Below, in pieces: positions 41,930 through 49,504 of a DNA stretch of 64,000 nucleotides (the first letter of the stretch is position 1; each line of letters starts with the position of its first letter). Source of the stretch: an uncultured cyanobacterium (GTDB lineage: Bacteria > Cyanobacteriota > Cyanobacteriia > Cyanobacteriales > CAWCAG01); contig CAWCAG010000005.1 of assembly GCA_963793425.1 (NCBI GenBank), positions 544,001 to 608,000 on the forward strand, written 5' to 3'. The position numbers and the translations under genes are program-made. The notes under the pieces were generated by a model. That model was not told the origin of the DNA. It searched no databases and worked only from the letters and a program-made list of their open reading frames with translations.

Positions 41930-42679
41930 ATGAAACCATTTTTATTTGTTACTGATTTAGATAATACTCTGATAGGCGATGATGCAGCTTTGGCAACACT
42001 TAACCAAAAGTTAGAGAAACATCGTCAAGAAAACGGCACTAAAATAGTTTATGCTACCGGGCGATCGCTCTATCTTTATCGGCAATTAGCCCAGGAAAAA
42101 ACGCTTTTAACCCCCGATGCCCTCATCGCCTCTGTGGGTACTGCTATTTTTAGTGATCCTCAAGATGATGCTTACGATCCTCAATGGGCAGAGGTTTTGT
42201 CTCCAGGGTGGAATCGAGAGAAAATTCTGGAAATTGGCACTAGCTTTACTCAATTAGTCCCTCAGCCAGAATACGAACAGTTTGAGTATAAGGTTAGTTA
42301 TCATATTCCTGAAGCAGAAGCAAAAGAAGTTATGCCCGCTTTGCAAGAGAAGCTAACAGCAGCAGGTTTGAAGTTTAATTTGATTTACAGTGGTAGCCTT
42401 GATCTTGATGTTTTGCCGGAAAATGGTAATAAAGGTTTAGCTGTGAAATTCCTTCAGGAGAAATTAGGATTTCAGCCTGAAGATACAGTTGTTTGTGGTG
42501 ATTCTGGTAACGACATTGCTTTGTTTAAGGTTGGTAAGTCGCGAGGAATTATGGTCGGCAATTCTAAACATGAACTCCGGGAATGGTATCAAGCAAATCG
42601 CAAAGATTATCATTATCTCGCTCAAAGTTCGTGTTCGGGAGGAATTTTAGAAGGCTTAAAGCACTTTAAGTTCTTGTAA
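41930..42679 (+). CDS. spp: Sucrose-phosphate phosphatase (HAD IIB)
   Basis: TDLDNTL, YATGRS, DLDVLP..NKG, CGDSGND. Confidence 0.88.
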   Translation: MKPFLFVTDLDNTLIGDDAALATLNQKLEKHRQENGTKIVYATGRSLYLYRQLAQEKTLLTPDALIASVGTAIFSDPQDDAYDPQWAEVLSPGWNREKILEIGTSFTQLVPQPEYEQFEYKVSYHIPEAEAKEVMPALQEKLTAAGLKFNLIYSGSLDLDVLPENGNKGLAVKFLQEKLGFQPEDTVVCGDSGNDIALFKVGKSRGIMVGNSKHELREWYQANRKDYHYLAQSSCSGGILEGLKHFKFL

Positions 42680-42716
42680 CAAATAAGTATTTCATGATCT
42701 ATTTATCTTTGAGAGC

Positions 42717-43214
42717 TTACCCACCAATCAAAACCGTTGGACAGCATCCTACAATTTTGTTTGGTGGCCCTACAGCTTCTAAAATTGTATCCCCCAAACG
42801 GGCAGCAGGTAAGCCATTAATTAATACAGTTTTACTGCCATCAATAACTACTCCAGGGCCATGGGGAGGTATGGGCAAAGGAGTACTACAAACATGGACA
42901 TCTGATAAACCAGCACTGCTACTAATCAGGCTTCCCATAGTTGCAGCAGCCGTTGCTTTGGCTGTTTCCTCTGCTACTTTGGCTGCTGGGGACCCAGGAG
43001 TTCCTGCGGCTGCAACAGTAGCAGATTCAGCGGTTTTAATAGCAGCATCAGAGGTTTTTTTTGCAGATTGCAAAGCGCCAGCCACCGCAGCAGGTACGCC
43101 TCGCCAAGCTGGTAGTCCTCCAATAAAAACGTTAACACTACCTGGGCCTCCCGTTAATACAGGGGGCAAGGGATGAGTGACAGCATCGGTTATTCTAGCA
43201 GCAGGTTTAGACAT
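42717..43214 (-). CDS. PAAR domain protein with an Ala-rich insertion
   Basis: KPAARITD, LPAWRG, LPAARLGD, TVLIGG. Confidence 0.92.
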   Translation of the reverse strand: MSKPAARITDAVTHPLPPVLTGGPGSVNVFIGGLPAWRGVPAAVAGALQSAKKTSDAAIKTAESATVAAAGTPGSPAAKVAEETAKATAAATMGSLISSSAGLSDVHVCSTPLPIPPHGPGVVIDGSKTVLINGLPAARLGDTILEAVGPPNKIVGCCPTVLIGG

Positions 43215-43268
43215 TGATCATTTATGATTTGACATTTATCAATCCTACAATACTTGGCTCTTTTCCAT

Positions 43269-43670
43269 TTATTCAGCCCAGTTTTCCAGAGATAGATTGG
43301 CAATGCGGGAAAACTCTCGCACGTTATTACTGACGAGCGTAACTTCAAGACTCAAAGCATGGGCAGCAATCAGCATATCCATTGCGCCAATGACAAGCCC
43401 TCGACTTTCCAAATCGCTTCTAATTAAGCCATCGATAGTTGCTGCCGCTTGATCAAACTCGACAATTTCTAAAGAGATTAAAAATTGCCTCAAAGCATTA
43501 CGGTTTTTCTGTTGCTGTATACTCTTACAAACGCCATATTCTAATTCCGCTACGGTGATAGAGGAAATGCCAATATCTGATATAGCAAGATTTGAGAATC
43601 GCGCCAATACTTGGGGAGGTTTTTGTTTAATTAGATAAATGCAAATGTTGGTATCGAGCAGGTATAGCAT
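43269..43670 (-). CDS. vapC: VapC PIN-domain toxin
   Basis: YLLDTNICI, AELEYG, DMLIAAHA, NNVREF. Confidence 0.95.
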   Translation of the reverse strand: MLYLLDTNICIYLIKQKPPQVLARFSNLAISDIGISSITVAELEYGVCKSIQQQKNRNALRQFLISLEIVEFDQAAATIDGLIRSDLESRGLVIGAMDMLIAAHALSLEVTLVSNNVREFSRIANLSLENWAE

Positions 43671-43898
43671 CTAGAAAGCCTCTCGGACATCAATAGGAGG
43701 TTGCTCTCTAGTTGTCATGAAATCGTCAGAGAATTGCTCTAGGCTTTCAAAAAGAGCTTGCCAAGGATTATCTTTAGCTATGAGAACAATCGCATTGCCC
43801 AGTTTCTTAATATAAACTTCAGTACCTGACATTTTGAAGTCTTCGGGTAATATTACGACTTGATGGTTGCCATCGGTGCTAATTCTGGCTGTATTCAT
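43671..43898 (-). CDS. vapB: VapB (AbrB-type) antitoxin
   Basis: GNHQVVILPEDF, VYIKKLGNAIVL, FSDDFM..REQP; directly upstream of vapC. Confidence 0.9.
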   Translation of the reverse strand: MNTARISTDGNHQVVILPEDFKMSGTEVYIKKLGNAIVLIAKDNPWQALFESLEQFSDDFMTTREQPPIDVREAF

Positions 43899-44040
43899 GA
43901 TTTAACTCTTCTGGTTTAATAAGAATTGATCTTCTGTAAGCGAGACTGATTGATCTACTACCTCAGCTAATTTGATGCGATCGCTTCTTGTATGGTTGTG
44001 TTTAGATCCAGATGGCTACAAAAATAGAGTACTGGTAGTC

Positions 44041-44622
44041 TCATTCAGGAGTTTCAAAATTTACTTTATCGTAAAGTTCTAATAGGGGTATTGAAAATTC
44101 CACTGAAGTTAATTTTAGCACCGTAGCTTCTCCTTCATAATCATTAAATAGCCATTGCCCCTGCTGGTTTTGGACAAATTGTTCTAAGTGCATCTCTTTT
44201 TGGTTAATGAGGATGTATTCTTTTAAGGTGGGGATAGTGCGATACATCCTAAACTTTTCCCCTCGGTCATACTTTTCTGTGGAATCTGAAAGTACTTCTG
44301 CGATCGCAACAGGATTAACAACTGTATCCCTACGCCCTTGAGCATATTCAAGATTATTGGCAATGATCATTACATCTGGATAAGTATAAACTCTGTAATC
44401 TGGTATCCACAAACGTAGATCATTTATAAAGGCATAATATGGTTTTCCTCGAAAAGCATAATTTAGCCCTGCATAAAGATTGCCTGCAATTCGATTATGA
44501 TTTGGTAGACCACCAGCCATGGGAATGATTTGACCGTCAATATATTCGCTTCGGTACTCAGCAGCAGTTTCTAGCTCTAGATATTCTTCTGGAGTGTAAT
44601 ATTGCTGTTCTTTAGCTTGCAT
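44041..44622 (-). CDS. Uma2 family (DUF820) endonuclease
   Basis: EYIDGQIIPMAG, YPDV, EVLSDST..YDRG.KF..Y. Confidence 0.92.
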   Translation of the reverse strand: MQAKEQQYYTPEEYLELETAAEYRSEYIDGQIIPMAGGLPNHNRIAGNLYAGLNYAFRGKPYYAFINDLRLWIPDYRVYTYPDVMIIANNLEYAQGRRDTVVNPVAIAEVLSDSTEKYDRGEKFRMYRTIPTLKEYILINQKEMHLEQFVQNQQGQWLFNDYEGEATVLKLTSVEFSIPLLELYDKVNFETPE

Positions 44623-44719
44623 AGTTTTGACCCCTGCTTAACTATACTGCTCCTTATTTAGTTTAACCTGCTAGAGTTAGGAGAAAATATAAATAGCTGC
44701 AAGTAAAATTTCTATGAGT

Positions 44720-44847
44720 CAGGACTTACGCACTAAGCTTCTGTAACCCCCTGTTCCCCGTTCCCCGTTCCCCGTAGCCTAACGGCAAGGCTTACGCCAA
44801 CCCGACGGCTGAAACTACTGATTTCTCCCTTCACTGCGTAAGTCCTA
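44720..44847. mobile_element. MITE with AGGACTTACGCA / TGCGTAAGTCCT ends, carrying STRR and an SDR-like hairpin
   Basis: Perfect 12-bp inverted repeats 44721-44732 and 44835-44846; internal GTTCCCC x3. Confidence 0.8.
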
Positions 44848-44983
44848 GAAGTAACAATTGTAGAAATCCAAAGGATTGGAGAAAAACAGCGTAACAACCT
44901 TTTCTTTAGGGGACAACAGGAGGAATATGGCTACGACAAAGACTTTTGTAGCTCCCGAATTGGATTATGGTCATTTTTGCTCA

Positions 44984-45295
44984 TCAGGATAACAGTTGAG
45001 GCTCTAAGTGAACTACAATATCCTCTTGCTTAATACCGCCAGAAATAAGTGCTTGGGTTAAACTCTCCTCAAAGTTATCTTCTTCGATAATAATTTGCTG
45101 CTCAACCAAACGAGCATGAAACAGAATAGTATCCATCCAGCGTTGCTTATTCCAACCCGTCGCTAAAACGAGAAAGTGGCCAGATTCTAGATCGCAAACG
45201 GGATAAAGTTTGATCTTCTGTAAGCGAGGCTGATTAATCACCGCCTCTTGCACCGTCTTTTTCAAAATGTCTGCATAACTCAATTTTTGATCCAT
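44984..45295 (-). CDS. xisI: XisI family protein (divergent)
   Basis: HFLVLATGW, FHARL, IIIEEDNFE, LISGGIKQEDIV. Confidence 0.8.
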   Translation of the reverse strand: MDQKLSYADILKKTVQEAVINQPRLQKIKLYPVCDLESGHFLVLATGWNKQRWMDTILFHARLVEQQIIIEEDNFEESLTQALISGGIKQEDIVVHLEPQLLS

Positions 45296-45443
45296 TTGGA
45301 AGGTTAATGATCGCCTATTGAACTCAAACTAAGTATTTTCGTGAAAATCTGACTACAACCTTTATTCTCAAATGCTTGTGAGAATAACCTTTCAAGTCTT
45401 ACATTTAAAGGGTTTGGAGATTGATATTTCAGAAAGAGGTTCA

Positions 45444-45899
45444 TCATTTCGCTTGTTTCTGCCTCAATTTGTTAAAGCACATAGTACAAATATCTCTGTT
45501 TAAATCAGTCTTGAAAAGATCATATTTGTATCCAAGACCACCAGTACTCCACATTTTGCATAATGTATTAAGTCCATCCCAAATATGCGCTTTATACTTT
45601 CGATCTTTTTTACCATAATCACGAACTAAAAATCGATCCCATAAATCGTACTCATCAGCTATTTCCCAATACTGCAAATCTACTTCTCCCACTTCCAATA
45701 TCTTGAAAGCAAAATCCACTGCATCTAGCAGCGTCTTAAATGGGAAATTATGAATGTAACGTCTACTTTCTAGTTCTAATCCGGTGCGATATTCATTATT
45801 GAGTCTTACAGCAAAGACAGGCGTTTTAGATGATAAAACTACTTTCATGCCGAATATTTTTGCGATTCCAGAAAACTCACACTTGATGTACCTTATCAT
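45444..45899 (-). CDS. Hypothetical protein, possibly phage-derived, with a C-terminal His/Cys cluster
   Basis: 151-aa ORF; KAHIWDGLNTLCKMWSTGG...ICTMC. Confidence 0.55.
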   Translation of the reverse strand: MIRYIKCEFSGIAKIFGMKVVLSSKTPVFAVRLNNEYRTGLELESRRYIHNFPFKTLLDAVDFAFKILEVGEVDLQYWEIADEYDLWDRFLVRDYGKKDRKYKAHIWDGLNTLCKMWSTGGLGYKYDLFKTDLNRDICTMCFNKLRQKQAK

Positions 45900-46010
45900 T
45901 GTGCTGCACCTGCTGCAAATATCTCAGCCATCACGGTATGCACTTGAATTCATGTAGTGTCCCATCTGTCCGTCACACATTAGGCAACCTGACAAATACG
46001 TATCTTTTAA

Positions 46011-46837
46011 GGCGTTGCATAATAGAGGGATGAACTCAAGCTAAATCTTTATGCAGTGTCCTGAATGTAACTCGACTCATATTCGTAAAAATGGAAAGAG
46101 ACGAGGTAAACAAAATCATATTTGTGTTGATTGCGATGCCTACGGCGGGCTTTGCCTACGCCAATTTGTTGAAAATCGTGAAACCAATAGAGGCTACAGC
46201 GACGAAAGAAAAAGAGAATGTCTCAAAATGTATGTCAACGGTATGGGCTTTCGAGGAATAGAAAGAGTCAAAGGGGTACATCATACGACGATAATAACCT
46301 GGGTCAAGCAAGTCGGAGAACTGCTGCCAGATGCCTATTCTCCAGAAACAATACCTGAAGTTGGCGAATTGGATGAACTTGAAACATTTGTTGGCTCAAA
46401 AAAGCGGTGCGACCCCGCGTCGGCGTAAGACGCAAGGGAACGCGCACCAAGACAACAAAATCTGGCTCTGGACAGCAGTCAATCACTTCCAAAGAGGCAT
46501 TTTAGGTTGGGTATTGGGAGACCATAGTGCTGAAACTTTTAAACCTTTATGGGCAATTGTAAGTCTAGGGCGATGTTATTTCTATGTCACCGATGGTTGG
46601 AGTGTTTATCCTCAGTTTATTCGAGAAGGAGACCAAATTATCTCTAAAACCTACATGACACGAGTAGAAGGTGAAAATACTCGATTGAGACACTATTTAG
46701 CTCGCTTGCATCGTAAGACCTTATGTTATTCCAAGTCAGTAGAAATGCTCAAGCATTCTATCCGATTGCTAATTCACTATCTCAAATTCTGGGATGTTCC
46801 CATTCCTACTTCATTCATCCCTTAATTCAGCAACGCC
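46011..46837 (+). mobile_element. IS1-family insertion sequence (insA/insB), disrupted
   Basis: IRL GGCGTTGCATAATAGAGGGATGAA, IRR TTCATCCCTTAATTCAGCAACGCC; CPEC zinc ribbon, ELDE, TDGW, EGENTRLRH. Confidence 0.95.
46051..46825 (+). pseudogene. IS1 transposase InsAB with two small insertions (46138-46158, 46404-46453)
   Basis: InsA ORF 46051-46428 and InsB ORF ending 46825 now in +1 rather than -1 register. Confidence 0.85.
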
Positions 46838-46924
46838 AGATATCTCATACCAAATCTTGCCCTTGTTGCATGACTTATTTGTTAGGGTAGGGAGTAGGGT
46901 ATCTCAAGGGCGGAGACGTTTACA

Positions 46925-46993
46925 AGTTCGCGTCAGTGTTTCTGAAAGAAAAAGAAAAAGAAAAAGAAAACGCGAAGCGTTGCCGTAGGCTAC
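46925..46993. repeat. SDR-like hairpin cluster with GAAAAA tandem repeat
   Basis: TTCGCGTCAGTGTTTCTGAAAG, (AAAAAG)x3, CGCGAAGCGTTGCCGTAGGCTAC. Confidence 0.55.
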
Positions 46994-47065
46994 AGGATTT
47001 GAGAACTTTATTCCTTGATTTGATCAAGGTACTTTATAATAGCGTTTCTTATTTGCTCTTAAATA

Positions 47066-48298
47066 ATGTTAAAAACCCCTTCAGAATGGCTGCGTGGAAA
47101 ACGCATTTTATTAGGAATAGGCGGTGGTATAGCCGCTTATAAAGTTTGCACATTAATTTCTCAACTTTTCCAAGCTGGGGCAGAAGTAAGGGTAGTATTA
47201 ACCTCAGCAGCAGAAGAATTTGTTACTCCTTTAACAGCATCTACTCTGAGTCGCCATCGTGCTTATCGTGATGAAGATTTTTGGCAACCTTTATATGAAC
47301 GCCCTTTACATATTGAATTAGGAGAATGGGCAGAAATTATTTTAATTGCCCCCTTAACGGCTAACACTTTGGCTAAGTTAAATTATGGTTTGGCAGATAA
47401 TCTTTTAACTAATATTATTCTCGCTTCTACTTGCCCTATCCTCCTCGCCCCAGCTATGAATACAGAAATGTGGGAACAGGCGACGGTACAGCGCAACTGG
47501 CAACAATTAACCCAAGAAAAACGTTACCTTAGTCTTAGTCCTAACTCTGGATTACTAGCCTGCGATCGCGTCGGTGCAGGTAGAATGGCAGAGCCAGAAG
47601 AAATATTCACGGCGATACAATGTTTATTACCTAAAGGCAAAAGAGATTTAGTCGGAAAATCTATTCTGATTAGCGCTGGAGGTACAAGGGAATATCTAGA
47701 TCCTGTACGTTTTTTGGGCAACCCTTCCACAGGTAAAATGGGGCTAGCATTAGCACAAGCTGCTTTCTATCGTGGGGCAGAAGTTACCTTAGTACATGGC
47801 CCCATGGGACAAGAATTACTAACTCATTTGCCTCAGCAAGTACAGACTGTAGCTGTGGTGAGTGCAGAAGATATGCAAACAGCCATGTTAGCTGCTTTTC
47901 AACAAGCAGATTGGATAGTGATGGCAGCAGCAGTGGCAGACGTTAAACCAGCCGACTATAGTTCAGAAAAGTTGCCTAAAAAAGCTTTACCTAGCAGCTT
48001 ACCCTTAAATCCTGTACCAGATATTGTGGCAGAGTTAGGGCAACAGAAAAAACCTCAACAAAAGTTAATTGGTTTCGCTGCACAAACAGGAGATATTGTT
48101 ACCCCAGCTTGGGAAAAGTTACAGAAAAAGAAACTTGATGTGATTGTGGCTAACCCAATAGATAAACCCGAAGCAGGTTTCGCCGGCGATGCAAACCAAG
48201 GCATGATCCTTACTGCGGAGGGGAAAAAGCAAACCATCCCCCTTTGTTCTAAGTTGGCTTTAGCTTGTCAGCTTTGGAATTTTCTTTTAGATGTATAA
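47066..48298 (+). CDS. coaBC: Bifunctional phosphopantothenoylcysteine decarboxylase / phosphopantothenate-cysteine ligase
   Basis: [48 protein letters not shown]. Confidence 0.97.
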   Translation: MLKTPSEWLRGKRILLGIGGGIAAYKVCTLISQLFQAGAEVRVVLTSAAEEFVTPLTASTLSRHRAYRDEDFWQPLYERPLHIELGEWAEIILIAPLTANTLAKLNYGLADNLLTNIILASTCPILLAPAMNTEMWEQATVQRNWQQLTQEKRYLSLSPNSGLLACDRVGAGRMAEPEEIFTAIQCLLPKGKRDLVGKSILISAGGTREYLDPVRFLGNPSTGKMGLALAQAAFYRGAEVTLVHGPMGQELLTHLPQQVQTVAVVSAEDMQTAMLAAFQQADWIVMAAAVADVKPADYSSEKLPKKALPSSLPLNPVPDIVAELGQQKKPQQKLIGFAAQTGDIVTPAWEKLQKKKLDVIVANPIDKPEAGFAGDANQGMILTAEGKKQTIPLCSKLALACQLWNFLLDV

Positions 48299-48374
48299 AG
48301 TAAAAAGTGAGGTTTATGAGTACCGACAAAATGTAAAATTAATGGCAAGGTTTAGGCTCATTTACACAATCAAC

Positions 48375-49367
48375 ATGAAAAAGTACAACGTCTATGGAAT
48401 TGGTAACGCTTTAGCAGACAAAGAATTTAAAATCACTGCTGAACTATTACAGAAATTGAATATTGATAAAGGCGTAATGACTTTAGTAGATGAACAACGC
48501 CAGCAAGAAATCTTGGAACAGTTAAAAGACTATTCTTCTCAAATTGCTTGTGGTGGCTCAGCAGCTAATACAATAGTTGCTATTAGTCAAATGGGGGGCC
48601 AAACTTTCTATTCTTGTAAAATTGCTAACGATGCCACTGGTTCCGCCTATTTAGAAGATATCCTCAACTGTGGTGTAGATACCAATTCAACCTTAGATAA
48701 TCGACCAGAAGGCATCACAGGAACTTGTTTGGTTTTTGTTACCCCAGATGCTGATCGCACCATGAACACGTTTTTAGGCATCACTGCCGACCTCTCAATA
48801 GATGAATTAGTACCAGAGGCGATCGCAGATTCTCAATACATTTATATTGAAGGTTATTTAGTTAGTTCTCCTATCGGTAAAGCTACAGCCATTAAAGCCA
48901 AAGAAATTGCTGAACAAGCTGGGGTGAAAACTTCCCTTTCTTTATCTGACCCTAACATGGTGGAATTTTTCAAACCAGGACTTTTAGAGATGATTGGTTC
49001 TGGGGTTGATTTTCTTTTTGCTAATGAAGCAGAAGCGTTGAAGATGGCCGACACTAAAGAAATTAAAACTGCTATTGAGTTTTTAAAAACCATTGCCCAA
49101 GGTTTTGCTATTACCCTTGGTGCTGAAGGTTCACTTATTTTTGATGGAGAAAAAACTATCACCATTCCTGCTCATGAAGTTACAGCCGTTGATACCGTTG
49201 GTGCAGGAGATATGTATGCTGGGGCAATGCTTTATGGTATTACCCAAGGAAAGAATTTTACTCAAGCAGGTAATTTAGCTTCAATCGCTTCAGCTAAAGT
49301 TGTTACAAGTTACGGCCCACGTTTGGAAACAGGGGTAGTACAGGAGTTGCTAATTGCTAACGGTTAG
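48375..49367 (+). CDS. PfkB family carbohydrate/adenosine kinase
   Basis: GIGNAL, GGSAANT, FANEAEA, DTVGAGD; start MKKYNV preferred. Confidence 0.9.
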   Translation: MKKYNVYGIGNALADKEFKITAELLQKLNIDKGVMTLVDEQRQQEILEQLKDYSSQIACGGSAANTIVAISQMGGQTFYSCKIANDATGSAYLEDILNCGVDTNSTLDNRPEGITGTCLVFVTPDADRTMNTFLGITADLSIDELVPEAIADSQYIYIEGYLVSSPIGKATAIKAKEIAEQAGVKTSLSLSDPNMVEFFKPGLLEMIGSGVDFLFANEAEALKMADTKEIKTAIEFLKTIAQGFAITLGAEGSLIFDGEKTITIPAHEVTAVDTVGAGDMYAGAMLYGITQGKNFTQAGNLASIASAKVVTSYGPRLETGVVQELLIANG

Positions 49368-49504
49368 TTGCTATTTGCTATTTGCTTGTGAGGACGGGTT
49401 TATTTATCTTTGTAGGTGAGGATCAACTCTGCTCCACGTTACAACCAACTACTTAAAGGGCATACTAACCTTCAGAAAGTTAATATGCCCGAAGGTTAGT
49501 CAAG

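Noticed and set aside
42694..43176. 160-aa ORF antisense to PAAR
   Set aside because: Shadow of an Ala/Gly/Pro-rich gene with no recognisable motifs.
45319..45443. Possible IS-end remnant with hairpin TTATTCTCA/TGAGAATAA
   Set aside because: No matching terminal inverted repeat or transposase could be identified by eye.
46794..47142. Short ORFs with RKRKRK / EKEKEK runs
   Set aside because: Translations of the GAAAAA repeat and the IS end, not credible genes.
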